DNA from: an uncultured Flavobacteriales bacterium
Lineage (GTDB): Bacteria; Bacteroidota; Bacteroidia; Flavobacteriales_D; Crocinitomicaceae
Length of the DNA stretch: 64,000 bases
Assembly: GCA_905480355.1 (NCBI GenBank)
Contig: CAJQQA010000018.1
Coordinates: forward strand, 12 to 64,011
Reading direction: 5' to 3'
Notes under the pieces: generated by a model
What the model was told of the DNA's origin: nothing
The model's database searches: none
What the model saw: only the letters and a program-made list of their open reading frames with translations
Translations under genes and position numbers: made by a program
Shown here: positions 1 to 9,657 of the stretch, piece after piece
Numbering within the stretch: position 1 is the first letter of the stretch
Layout: every line of letters starts with the position of its first letter

Positions 1-3000
1 TTTCACCATTATTAGAAGTACAGAATGCATCAAGTACAATTTCGTTTACACTAATATTAGTTGAGTTTGCATTATTAACTGTGAAGTTCTCTGTCAACTC
101 ACATCCGTTTCCGTCTGTAACAACAACAGAGATAGGCCCAGCTGATAAGCTACTCGCATCTTGTGTAGTTTGTCCATCACTCCATAAATAAGTGATTGGT
201 GCTGCTCCATTTACTTCAATATCAACAAATCCTTGACCGTTATTACAATTCTCGTCTCCAACATTTGTAAACGTTGTTACTAAAGTTCCTGTTTGATTAA
301 CAACTGAAGCCGATGCACTTACAGAACAACTTGCTGTCGAAACAGTGATTGTATATGTTCCTGCTGAAAGTCCTGTGATATCTTCTGTCACTTGACCTGA
401 ATCCCAAAAAGTAGAAATAATCCCTGCTCCCGATGTTGTCACATCAATTGCACCATCAGATAAGCCACAGTTTTCGTCAGTCACCAAATCAATAGTAACT
501 CCAAGTCCACCAGTAATGTTTACAATAGTTCCGTTGTAATTTGCAGTACATCCAAATTGATCAGTGACAACTAAGTTGTAAACCCCCTCTGATATGTTGG
601 CCAAATCTTCGATTGTTTCACCTGTGTCCCAAGCAAATGACAATGGTTGGTTACCTCCGTTCGTTGTGATGTCGATTGCACCCTCTGCATTACCACAGTT
701 TTCATCGGTAACTGTTCCAGTAACAATTAAGTTACCTACATTATTTGCTAAAGTGAAAGCTACGTTGACCGAACATCCACCAAAGTCTGTAACAACAACA
801 CTATATGTTCCTGCACTTAGATTATCAATCATTGCGGTAGATCCACCATTTGACCATAAGTAAGTATAAGGTGCTGATCCACCAGAAACCGTTAAGGTTA
901 TTGATCCTGAACCTGAACCACAATACTCATCACTAATTGTTGCACTAGCTATTGCCAATGATGTTCCGTTATCGATTAAAGTATAAGAACCATTCACGAT
1001 ACATCCGTTTCCATCAGTTACTGTTACATTATATGTTCCAGCTGTCAATCCTGAAACATCTTGAGAAGTTGCTCCGTTTGACCAAACATATGTTACAGGG
1101 TTTTGAGCTCCAGTAATTGTTATGTTAATTGCTCCATCAGCATTTCCACAGTTCTCATCAGAAACAATTGGTTGAACAATTGCCATCGCACCAGAAGAAG
1201 AACCAACTACTGCTTGAGTTGTTGCCTCACATCCGTTGTTATCAGTTACGGTTACAGAGTATGTTCCTGAACTAAGTCCTGAGATATCTTCTGTTGTTGG
1301 TCCGTTTGACCATACAAAAGTAACTGGGTTAGCTCCACCTGTATGAGAGATATCGATACTTCCAAGTCCGTTTGAACATGTTTCGTCAATTGCGATTACG
1401 TTTGTAATACTAAGCGATCCTGCCAAATCACCGATATCGATGTTACTAGTTGTAATAGAACAACCTGTGAAATCTGTAATTGTACAAGTGTATGTTCCAG
1501 CAGATAATCCAGTTAAATCTTCACTTGATGGTCCACTTGACCATACAAAGGTATAAGCTCCAGTTCCTCCAGTTGGAATTAAATCAATTGATCCTATACC
1601 ATTTCCACATGTTTCACTTGAAGCTATGAAAGTGTAAGTAATGTTTCCATTTGTTTGAATCACATCTGCAGATCCAGAAACTGCACATCCGTTGTTGTCA
1701 GTTACGGTATAGTCGTAAATTCCAGCTCCAAGATTTACAATGTCTTCAGTTGTTTCTGCATTCGACCAAGCGAATGTCAATGGAATTGCTCCACCAACTA
1801 AAGTTAAATCAACTGATCCGTTGTTTGAACAAGATGCATCCGTTACAACCGTTGAAGCTGAAATTCCGTTTGGTGTATTTCCAATTGTGAATACTTCAGT
1901 GACGATTGAACATCCATTGTTGTCTGTAATAGTACAGAATAACGTTCCTGACAATAATCCAGTTATTGAAGAGTTAGTTCCACCACCTGACCATAAGTAA
2001 GTGTAAGGATCTTGACCTCCTGTTACTGATAATGCAACTGAACCTGCTCCATTAGAACAAACCTCGTTTGTTACTATTGAAGTGTAAGCAATTGCATTTG
2101 CTTGGTTGTTGATTGTATAAGATTGAACAACAACACAACCGTTATTATCAGTTATAGTTACTTCGTATGTTCCAGCAGAAAGTCCAGTCAAATCTTGAGA
2201 TGTTTGACCTGAGTCCCAGGAGTAGTTCATCGGACCATTTCCTCCGATAAGAATCACATCGATTGATCCTGTTCCATCTCCACACGTTTCGTCAGTTACA
2301 ATAGCATTTTGAATTGCTAATGTTCCAGCACTTGATCCGACAGTCATTGTATGAGATTCAGAGCAACCATTGAAATCTGTTACTGTTAAAGTATAAGAAC
2401 CAGCAATCAATCCAACGATGTCTTCATTTGAAGAACCATTCGACCAAACAAACGTAAATGGTGCAGTTCCACCTGATACATTCATATTAATAGATCCATT
2501 TGAATTACCACAAATTTCATCTGTGATTAACTGAGTTGTTACACTCAATGTTCCAGATGCGTTAATTAGTGAGAATGTTGGTGTTGTAAAAGTACAACCT
2601 TGAGCATTTGTAATAACACAAGAATAATTACCCGCAGACACTCCAGTTAAATCTTCTGTTGTCGATCCGTTTGACCAAAGAAAAACCAAGTTGTTTCCTG
2701 TTAATGTGATATTGATTTCACCTTGTCCGTTTCCACATACCTCATTTGTGATATTAGAGCCTACCAATGTAATATCTCCAGAACTTTGGGTTACAATATA
2801 TGATTCAATAATATAACATTCCGTTTCATCTGTGATAGTACATTCATAAATACCTGTTGTCAGGTTACTAATATCTTGAGTTATTTGTCCTGAGTCCCAT
2901 GAATATGTCAATATTCCATTTCCTCCTGTTACTGTTTGATTGATAGAACCATTTTGAGCTGTACAAAGTTCAGGAACAACAGAAGTAGTTACTGAAAGAG

Positions 3001-4150
3001 AACCTGCGTTATTGTTTACAGTAAATGATTGTGAAGTTTGACATCCATTACCATCTGTAATTGTTACGTCATATGTTCCAGCTGCTAATCCTGAAAGATC
3101 TTCAGAAGTCGGACCGTTTGACCAAGAGAATGTATAAGGAAGTGCTCCACCTGTTACAGTGATATCAACCGAACCATTCATGTTTCCACAATTCTCTTCA
3201 CCAACAGATGAAGAAGCGACCATTAAGTTTCCTGCATCATTAATAACATCAAATGTCATTACCTCAGAACAGTTATTCGCATCAGTGGCAACTAAAGTAT
3301 AAGAACCAGCTGTCAATCCTGTAAGATCTTCAGTTGTTGCTCCGTTACTCCAAGAGAACGAAACAGTTGCTACTGCGTTTAATATGTTTACATCAATACT
3401 ACCATTTGCGTTTCCACAAATTTCGTTGATGATTGTGTTTTCTTCTACTTCAATGAAACAGAAAGCAGAACAGTTAGATACATCATTCACAATTACGTAT
3501 GAATCAGAAGCAGTACATCCGTTTCCATCAATAACATCAATGATGTATGTTCCAGAACTTAAATTCGAAAGATCTTGAGTAGAAAGTCCGTTTGACCATG
3601 TGTAACCAAATGATCCAGTTCCACCAACAACATCAATATCAATTGAACCGTTGTCAGTATTACACTCTTCATCAATTAAAGAAACCAAAGTAATTACTGC
3701 TTCGTCTGCATCAACTACAGTTATAATTTCAGAAATAACACATCCTTGTTGATCGGTCATTGTTACCGTGTAATCTCCAGCAGTTAATCCGGTAAGATCT
3801 TCCGATGATGGTCCATTTGACCAAGAGAACGTGTAAGGAGTTGAACCACCCGCAGGTGTAATGTCGATTGTTCCGTCATTTCCTCCAAAACAAGATGTCG
3901 GAGTTGAAGTTGACGTAATACTTAATGATCCAATATTGTTCACTAAGAAAGTCTCTACCGATGTACATCCGTTTCCGTCAGTAACTGTTACAGTATATGT
4001 TCCAGCAGGAATTGATGAAATATCTTCAGTTGTTTGACCGCTACTCCACAATATAGTATAAGGTGCAACTGCATCCGAAATGTCAATGTTAATTGATCCA
4101 TCAGAACCTCCACAGGTTGCATCAATAACAAAACCACTTGTGATGATTTC
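1..4150 (-). repeat. Degenerate in-frame tandem coding repeat with a period of 222-231 bp (74-77 codons, one unit of 246 bp) and at least 18 units. It encodes the SprB-type repeats of the giant protein.
   Basis: The conserved Trp codon of each unit (cca on the plus strand, within gaccaa/gaccat/tcccaa/ctccaa) recurs near 183, 405, 630, 855, 1083, 1311, 1542, 1767, 1992, 2217, 2445, 2676, 2898, 3123, 3351, 3597, 3822 and 4047. All spacings are multiples of 3. Confidence 0.85.
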
Positions 4151-6082
4151 TAATGGTTGAGTTAATGTTACAACTGTATCTGGTAAGTCACCAATTAAAC
4201 TGATATACCAGTTAAAGATATATCCATTATCAAGGTTGAATTGATCTGTTACGTGAACTATCCAAGTACCGTTCATGTCAGCACCAACTAGACCATTGAA
4301 GCTTTCATCTGGAGTATAAGAACCAGCAGGAAGATATTCATCCGTGTATGTTCCTCCACCAGCTGCTGGAATGGTATGTGTAAAGTTATTCGACTCACCA
4401 ACCATTGTTCCATAGATTGGAGATGCATTAAAGCAATACTCGAATCCAATTCCTGGATCAGTTAATAATGAACCAGCATTGCCATCAACAGGTCCCGTTG
4501 CGAATGGCTCACCTAAATCACACGAACCACCACCATTTTGTGGCTTCAATACAATGATCTCTCCAGATGGCGCTTCTACTGAAATTTCCAAATCACCCAA
4601 ATACGAGTGTTCCATTGTTAAGCAGATTTGTTGAATCTGAGAAACATTAGCAATTGTTTGACCTGGATTAAACCCAGCAATAACTAAAGGTGCATCATAA
4701 GTTGTTACAGTTCCACCTGGAACATCTGGAAGGAATGTTGTATCCGCATCAAAGATTCCACCAATGACCAGAGCCTCTGCCTGACATCCGTATGAATCGT
4801 AAACTTGAATTGTATATGTTCCCGCCTCCAGACCCGTCATTGGGTTGTTGGTTTCATTATCCGTTGAATTATCCGGATAAGTGACATCGAAATTATAAGG
4901 AGGGAAACCTCCTGTGGCATTCACTTGGATTTCACCAGAGTTATTATTGTAACAATCTAAGTTGAAACCATCTAGTGTAAATTCAATTGGTTGTGCATCA
5001 TCTATAAAGAGGAACGCAGTGTCCCATGCCGCACAGGGCGCAGGTTGGTAAATAATGTAAACTGATTCTTGGCCTTCAGGCAAACCATCTGAGAACGCAT
5101 CAATAATAATTGTTGCTGAAGTATCTCCTGCAACAATCGTTAGAGAACTATCAATAAATTGGTAATCAACTCCATTCACTGCAGTACCTGCAACGTAATA
5201 AGAAATGATTCTATCTTGATTGCTTACATCATCAAATGAAAAAGTGAAACTTGCAGGAATACATCCTTCTAAAGCGATATCATTTGAGTTAACTGTTTGC
5301 GTTTGTACTTCTACTAGACCTTGTACAAGTGAATTTTCTTGAAGGAAAACCGCAGAACTATAAACTCCATCACCCGCATCGGCGATAACCAGCTTCAAGT
5401 GATAAACAGCACATGCAGTCAAGTTATTTCTACTTGCTTCTAGGATTGTTGTAAATGCATCGTATTCAACATCAGCTCCACCTGCATTATCAATGTAATA
5501 TTGATTGTTGGTGACAGCATTAATGTTGTTAATCGTTACTGGATTCGTTGTTGCTGGTATAAGAGCGATATTCTCTTCACCTGTAATTCCAGGTCCACTA
5601 ATAAAGAATGCAAATACATCATTAAATCCAGAATTGTTTGGCGGAGCATATTCAGGATACTCCTCTGAAGCAAAAACATAATTGAACTGAATAAAAGAAG
5701 ATTGAACTTCAAAATCAAATTCAAGTGTGATGGCATCTTGTGTTCCAATACCAGCTAATGCTGTCATTTGAGCTGTACCGGGTGTTCCAAGATCTGCTCC
5801 TGTATTAGCCGCACCGTTGGGTCCAGGCGCTTCGTTAATGTTACCCGAAGAAAGGATAACTCCTGAATCAAATCCTATATCTGAATTTGTTCCTGCGAAA
5901 CTTCCTGATGCAGAACCTGCTCCAGTTAATAATGCATTGGTTACCGTAATATTCGGTCCCGCTAAAATTTCAGCTAATTGCTGGGCAGTTTGGCCTCCAG
6001 TTGTTGTAATTTGTCCAAATAATGATGTAGACAAAGTGAACAGCGCGCAAAAAGTCAATAGAGTAGAAAGTAGTTTTTTCAT
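1..6082 (-). CDS. Giant secreted cell-surface/adhesin-like protein, 5' part only (about 2027 codons in the window, ORF continues past the left edge). It has a signal peptide, a choice-of-anchor-L-like domain, a Calx-beta-like module, a proprotein-convertase P-domain-like module and then at least 18 SprB-type repeats.
   Basis: Own translation of the minus strand from ATG at 6082 (MKKLLSTLLTFCALFTLSTSLFGQITTTGGQTAQQLAEILAGPNITVTN...) appears open to position 1. It is absent from the ORF track because no stop lies in the window. Motifs read: FVFASEEYPEY, FFISGP and VFLQENS (same domain as ORF 21340..23604, about 5270..6010); AGTAVNGVDYQF (Calx-beta-like, about 5045..5265); MEHSYLGDLEISVEAPSG and DMNGTWIVHVTD (P-domain-like, about 4195..4760). 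Repeated units follow the pattern C..NGSIDI..GG..PYTF.WSNG.T.EDL.GL.AG.Y.VTVTD.NGC. Confidence 0.85.
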   Translation of the reverse strand, partial: MKKLLSTLLTFCALFTLSTSLFGQITTTGGQTAQQLAEILAGPNITVTNALLTGAGSASGSFAGTNSDIGFDSGVILSSGNINEAPGPNGAANTGADLGTPGTAQMTALAGIGTQDAITLEFDFEVQSSFIQFNYVFASEEYPEYAPPNNSGFNDVFAFFISGPGITGEENIALIPATTNPVTINNINAVTNNQYYIDNAGGADVEYDAFTTILEASRNNLTACAVYHLKLVIADAGDGVYSSAVFLQENSLVQGLVEVQTQTVNSNDIALEGCIPASFTFSFDDVSNQDRIISYYVAGTAVNGVDYQFIDSSLTIVAGDTSATIIIDAFSDGLPEGQESVYIIYQPAPCAAWDTAFLFIDDAQPIEFTLDGFNLDCYNNNSGEIQVNATGGFPPYNFDVTYPDNSTDNETNNPMTGLEAGTYTIQVYDSYGCQAEALVIGGIFDADTTFLPDVPGGTVTTYDAPLVIAGFNPGQTIANVSQIQQICLTMEHSYLGDLEISVEAPSGEIIVLKPQNGGGSCDLGEPFATGPVDGNAGSLLTDPGIGFEYCFNASPIYGTMVGESNNFTHTIPAAGGGTYTDEYLPAGSYTPDESFNGLVGADMNGTWIVHVTDQFNLDNGYIFNWYISLIGDLPDTVVTLTQPLEIITSGFVIDATCGGSDGSINIDISDAVAPYTILWSSGQTTEDISSIPAGTYTVTVTDGNGCTSVETFLVNNIGSLSITSTSTPTSCFGGNDGTIDITPAGGSTPYTFSWSNGPSSEDLTGLTAGDYTVTMTDQQGCVISEIITVVDADEAVITLVSLIDEECNTDNGSIDIDVVGGTGSFGYTWSNGLSTQDLSNLSSGTYIIDVIDGNGCTASDSYVIVNDVSNCSAFCFIEVEENTIINEICGNANGSIDVNILNAVATVSFSWSNGATTEDLTGLTAGSYTLVATDANNCSEVMTFDVINDAGNLMVASSSVGEENCGNMNGSVDITVTGGALPYTFSWSNGPTSEDLSGLAAGTYDVTITDGNGCQTSQSFTVNNNAGSLSVTTSVVPELCTAQNGSINQTVTGGNGILTYSWDSGQITQDISNLTTGIYECTITDETECYIIESYIVTQSSGDITLVGSNITNEVCGNGQGEINITLTGNNLVFLWSNGSTTEDLTGVSAGNYSCVITNAQGCTFTTPTFSLINASGTLSVTTQLITDEICGNSNGSINMNVSGGTAPFTFVWSNGSSNEDIVGLIAGSYTLTVTDFNGCSESHTMTVGSSAGTLAIQNAIVTDETCGDGTGSIDVILIGGNGPMNYSWDSGQTSQDLTGLSAGTYEVTITDNNGCVVVQSYTINNQANAIAYTSIVTNEVCSNGAGSVALSVTGGQDPYTYLWSGGGTNSSITGLLSGTLFCTITDNNGCSIVTEVFTIGNTPNGISASTVVTDASCSNNGSVDLTLVGGAIPLTFAWSNAETTEDIVNLGAGIYDYTVTDNNGCAVSGSADVIQTNGNITYTFIASSETCGNGIGSIDLIPTGGTGAYTFVWSSGPSSEDLTGLSAGTYTCTITDFTGCSITTSNIDIGDLAGSLSITNVIAIDETCSNGLGSIDISHTGGANPVTFVWSNGPTTEDISGLSSGTYSVTVTDNNGCEATTQAVVGSSSGAMAIVQPIVSDENCGNADGAINITITGAQNPVTYVWSNGATSQDVSGLTAGTYNVTVTDGNGCIVNGSYTLIDNGTSLAIASATISDEYCGSGSGSITLTVSGGSAPYTYLWSNGGSTAMIDNLSAGTYSVVVTDFGGCSVNVAFTLANNVGNLIVTGTVTDENCGNAEGAIDITTNGGNQPLSFAWDTGETIEDLANISEGVYNLVVTDQFGCTANYNGTIVNITGGLGVTIDLVTDENCGLSDGAIDVTTSGAGIISTFWDSGQVTEDITGLSAGTYTITVSTASCSVSASASVVNQTGTLVTTFTNVGDENCNNGQGFVDIEVNGAAPITYLWSDGQTTQDASSLSAGPISVVVTDGNGCELTENFTVNNANSTNISVNEIVLDAFCTSNNGE

Positions 6083-6271
6083 GAGTTTATTTTTCAGAAG
6101 GACAAGTTACACTAAAAAAGTTTAAGCATTGCTTCAATAATTGGTGTAAAATTAATTCTATTCACACTAATATAGCTAACCAAAGACTCAATGATTGCCT
6201 AAGTTAGCTATTTAACTTTTCTTTTTCTATACTTTTTTCAAAAATTCCATTCAGTTTAATTTTTATGCTAA

Positions 6272-8488
6272 TTAAAGCTCATCCTCCTTATGCTCTATTG
6301 TAAATCGGACTCCAGCATAAACATTAACACCAAAAACTGGCGCCCAAACACGGGTTGCATCAAAGGTCTTACTGAAAGGGTTTTCGCTGTCAATAATTGG
6401 ATTTTTTTGACGGTAATTAGTTAAATTTTCTCCGCCTATATAAAAATCCCATTGATGAAAAACGTGCGTAATCTGTGCATTCAACAAAGGAAATATATCA
6501 CCACGGTTATCAGTTGTTATTGATCCGTCAGGAAGAACAACTTCGGGCAATCTTGAATTTCCAAATACAGAAGTTGTCAAATCAAATTCCCATCTTTTAT
6601 TTCTCGTTTTATAGCCAATATTAAAAAATCCGCGATGCTTCGGTAGCATAACTTGCTGTTGTAGTTTTCCTCCAAAAGTAGAACGAACGTCTAACAATTT
6701 ATATGCAAATCGAATATCGACGAACTTTCCTAAAGTCAGCGCCAATTCAGCTTGAAAGCTATTCGAAAAAGATGCTCCTTCAAGGTTTTTGAAAACAATT
6801 GCATCAGCTAATACATCTCTATCTACGACCATTTGATTTTCAAATTCCGTGTGGTAAAAATCAAGTGTCAAGGAGCCTTTCTGCTTGAAGAATTTAAATT
6901 CTTTCATTAGACTCCCTCCAATATTCCATGACACTTCTGGCAGAACTGTGTCTGGTGCAAACCATGTTTTTGAATTAGCAAGAAGAGAAACATTATCAAT
7001 CATGTAATTCGGTACGCGCCATCCTCTTCCAACTGTAAATCTCAAATCTGTCGTTTCTGTGAGAATGTATTTTAGGTGAAGGCGGGGTGAAAATTGAAAC
7101 TCGAACATATTATGATAGTCGCCTCTTGCTCCAACTACAGCAGATAATCTACTACCCGTGAATGAATACTCAGCAAATGCACCTGGAACAATTTCAAGTC
7201 TATCATCATTTAAAGAATCTACGTGTTGTTTTATGTCGCTATATACACCGCTGACTCCTAATTTAAACTTGTGGTCAGTTGTTCCGATAATTCCATCATA
7301 AATAGCATTGATATAACCTCGCTTTTCTTCACCTTCAAAGTTTCTGTTTCCAAACAAAGCGTTTGTCGTTTGATATTTCACATTGTATACAACACCGAAA
7401 GAATTGTAAGGATTTTTCAAGAAAAACCCTGTCTTTGCAAATATATCTATGTGTTTTGAATCGATGCTAACATCATAAAATGAATTTGGGTTTGTGTTTC
7501 TAATGCTCGAAATTTGACCTCCTTCTTTTTGATCCCAATAACTATTGAAACCAATTTGCGCTTCCATTTTTTCTCCTTGGTAATGATAACGGTTCAACAA
7601 TGCAAAGTTATTCCCATTTGGCATATCCCGAAAGCCATCATTATTAAAATCCATTTCAATTGGGTGTGCTGAGGCATGCCCTAAAACTCCCCCAGACCAT
7701 TTTTCATTTAAATGATACCCTGCGTTGAAGTTCAACTCTGTTCTCCCCATCCCATTTATATAAGCATTCAAGTATAACTTTTCCATGGTTTGAGGCTTTT
7801 TCACTTCTAAGTTTACCAAACCCGCCATAGATTCATAGCCATTAACAACAGTACCTGTACCTTTCGTAATCTGTATTGATTGGATCCACGTTCCAGACAT
7901 TGAATTTAAACCAAATGCACTTTCCAAACCTCTTAAATATGGAATGTTTTCCAATTGAATTTGAGTATATACTCCATCCAAGCCCATCATTTGTATTTTC
8001 TTAGCTCCTGAAACAGCATCTGTAATATTTACATCCACTGACGCATTTGTTTCGAATGACTCAGATAAATTGCAACAAGCAGCTTTTCTAAGTTCGCCCG
8101 CCGATATAGTCTCTACGTGCAACGTTTTCAAACGAGAAATTGTATGTGTTCCTTTTTTAACGGAAACGATTACTTCAGGCAAGAGTTGGTCAGAATAAAG
8201 CACGACTTCGAAAGAAATAAATCGGTCTTTTTTTGTAACTATTACAGAATCTGGGTAAAACCCCATTGCAGAAAACACCAATGTATCAGGTAATTCTTTG
8301 GGCAGAATGAGTTCAAACTTACCGTCTTCATCAGAAATAGCACCCCTATTGGCACTCAGTAGTTTTATTTTTGCTCCATAAATAGGATTCTTCTCTTTTT
8401 TATTAGAGCCGTAAACGACTCCTTTTACTTGTGATTGTAATGCCCCTGAGAATAAGGTGCATAACAATAATGTATATAAATATTTCAT
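6272..8488 (-). CDS. TonB-dependent outer-membrane receptor with an N-terminal carboxypeptidase-regulatory-like domain
   Basis: 738-aa ORF with a signal peptide. The N-terminal region is VKGVVYGSNKKEKNPIYGAKIKLLS...DGKFEL. The plug region is ISAGELRKAACCNLSESFETNASVDVNITDAVSGAKKIQMMGLDG. A long beta-barrel follows, ending in an aromatic-rich C-terminus (VYAGVRFTI). Confidence 0.9.
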   Translation of the reverse strand: MKYLYTLLLCTLFSGALQSQVKGVVYGSNKKEKNPIYGAKIKLLSANRGAISDEDGKFELILPKELPDTLVFSAMGFYPDSVIVTKKDRFISFEVVLYSDQLLPEVIVSVKKGTHTISRLKTLHVETISAGELRKAACCNLSESFETNASVDVNITDAVSGAKKIQMMGLDGVYTQIQLENIPYLRGLESAFGLNSMSGTWIQSIQITKGTGTVVNGYESMAGLVNLEVKKPQTMEKLYLNAYINGMGRTELNFNAGYHLNEKWSGGVLGHASAHPIEMDFNNDGFRDMPNGNNFALLNRYHYQGEKMEAQIGFNSYWDQKEGGQISSIRNTNPNSFYDVSIDSKHIDIFAKTGFFLKNPYNSFGVVYNVKYQTTNALFGNRNFEGEEKRGYINAIYDGIIGTTDHKFKLGVSGVYSDIKQHVDSLNDDRLEIVPGAFAEYSFTGSRLSAVVGARGDYHNMFEFQFSPRLHLKYILTETTDLRFTVGRGWRVPNYMIDNVSLLANSKTWFAPDTVLPEVSWNIGGSLMKEFKFFKQKGSLTLDFYHTEFENQMVVDRDVLADAIVFKNLEGASFSNSFQAELALTLGKFVDIRFAYKLLDVRSTFGGKLQQQVMLPKHRGFFNIGYKTRNKRWEFDLTTSVFGNSRLPEVVLPDGSITTDNRGDIFPLLNAQITHVFHQWDFYIGGENLTNYRQKNPIIDSENPFSKTFDATRVWAPVFGVNVYAGVRFTIEHKEDEL

Positions 8489-8533
8489 TGTGTTAATTTT
8501 ATTTAATTATTGACGAACTAGATCCGTCAACTA

Positions 8534-8965
8534 TCAAATAATAAACACTTGGTTTTGGATACACCGCTCTAATCCAGAGAGTGAAGGTGGTGGATTAGAA
8601 TAATTTAGAACTCCTTCTTGTTTTACTTTATTTGCTACTAAATAACTGGAGTAATCCAGGCTTAGTGGCAAATCAATATTTATAGCGAATAAATAAGATG
8701 GTACTTCTTCAGAATAATCTAGTTCAAGTTGAAAATGTTTGATTTCGTCATCACAACAGTCATCTTTATCTTCTTTTTCTCGTTCACAGCATTTATTAAC
8801 CGTTTCACTTTTATCCTCGCAGTGATCAATTGTATTGATTATATATGAAAAAGACGTTGTTCCCTCTTTTGGGCAAAAATGACTGTAAACATCAGCTCCT
8901 ACGCTACTTCCAAAAAAAAGAACGGCAATAGAAAATGATAAAAATATAGACTGCATAAACTTCAC
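8534..8965 (-). CDS. Small secreted Cys-rich acidic protein that resembles the Bacteroidota HYC_CC_PP family, which is usually encoded next to TonB-dependent receptors
   Basis: 143-aa ORF with a GTG start at 8965, or ATG at 8956. It has a signal peptide and the motifs YSHFCPK, KCCEREKEDKDDCCDDE and NPPPS. It lies 45 bp upstream of the TBDR on the same strand. The family name is from memory, not from a search. Confidence 0.55.
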   Translation of the reverse strand: MKFMQSIFLSFSIAVLFFGSSVGADVYSHFCPKEGTTSFSYIINTIDHCEDKSETVNKCCEREKEDKDDCCDDEIKHFQLELDYSEEVPSYLFAINIDLPLSLDYSSYLVANKVKQEGVLNYSNPPPSLSGLERCIQNQVFII

Positions 8966-9033
8966 AAATCAAAGATACGCCGTTTCCTTTTATTTTTATC
9001 ACAAAAACTAGACTATTCTTGGATTGGAAACAC

Positions 9034-9041
9034 TAATTTTG
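9034..9041 (+). promoter_or_regulatory. Candidate Bacteroidota -7 promoter box (TAATTTTG) for the Nfu/NifU gene
   Basis: Exact match to TAnnTTTG 17 nt upstream of the ATG at 9058. There is no well-spaced -33 TTG, so support is weak. Confidence 0.3.
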
Positions 9042-9057
9042 TACAAAAGACTATATT

Positions 9058-9657
9058 ATGAGCATTCCCGTTACTGTTTATTCAGAAATGACACCTAATC
9101 CTGCAACAATGAAATTTGTATGCAATAAACACTTGTTAGGAACTGGTGAATCGGCCGAATTTAATTCAAAGGCCGAAGCGAAAGGATATTCTCCACTTGC
9201 TGAAGAATTGTTCAATCTGCCTTTTGTGAACGGGGTATTTATTGCTTCGAATTTTGTTAGTGTTGCAAAAACAGACAACTTATCCTGGGATTTTATTACA
9301 ATGGAACTTCGAGAGTTTATTCGTTCTTGGATTTCTGAAGAAAAAGAAATTTTAATTGCAACTCCAGAAAAAAGAAGTCAAGATAACGCCATTTCAAGTG
9401 AACCAAAAAAAGAATATGCACCCTCTGAATACGATGACGCCATTCGTGATTTATTAGATGAATATGTGCGTCCGGCAGTTGCAAATGATGGTGGAGCAAT
9501 CGATTTTCGCGGTTATGAAAATGGCATAGTCACAGTCGTTCTTAAAGGAGCTTGCTCCGGATGTCCTTCAAGTACTGCAACGCTTAAAGGTGGTATCGAG
9601 AGCCTTTTAAAGGAGCATTTACCAGATGTAACTGAAGTCGTTGCTGAAAATGAGTAA
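9058..9657 (+). CDS. NifU/Nfu-type Fe-S cluster assembly protein (Nfu_N plus NifU C-terminal domain)
   Basis: 199 aa. The N-terminus is TPNPATMKFV and the C-terminal region has DGGAIDF...GACSGCPSS, a CxxC motif. Confidence 0.85.
   Translation: MSIPVTVYSEMTPNPATMKFVCNKHLLGTGESAEFNSKAEAKGYSPLAEELFNLPFVNGVFIASNFVSVAKTDNLSWDFITMELREFIRSWISEEKEILIATPEKRSQDNAISSEPKKEYAPSEYDDAIRDLLDEYVRPAVANDGGAIDFRGYENGIVTVVLKGACSGCPSSTATLKGGIESLLKEHLPDVTEVVAENE

Noticed and set aside
1-4150. Regular periodicity of about 228 bp that might suggest a CRISPR-like or satellite array
   Set aside because: The period is far too long for CRISPR. There is no alternation of identical repeats with unique spacers. Every spacing is a multiple of 3 and the whole region is one open reading frame, so this is a protein-coding repeat.
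594-6125. Plus-strand ORFs in the track inside the first 6 kb (594..863, 1651..1890, 1740..2000, 3384..3578, 5817..6125) and the minus-strand ORF 5536..5748
   Set aside because: All lie within the single long open minus-strand frame of the giant repeat protein, antisense or out of frame. Their recurring endings (DPPFDHK, PPPDHK) are just the reverse complement of the conserved W-S-x-G-G repeat codons. They are shadow ORFs.
6172-6213. 9-bp inverted repeat atagctaac...gttagctat between the TBDR stop and the giant-gene start, considered as an invertible promoter switch or terminator
   Set aside because: The arms are only 9 bp with a 24-nt loop. There is no flanking recombinase gene and no trailing T-tract, so the evidence is insufficient.
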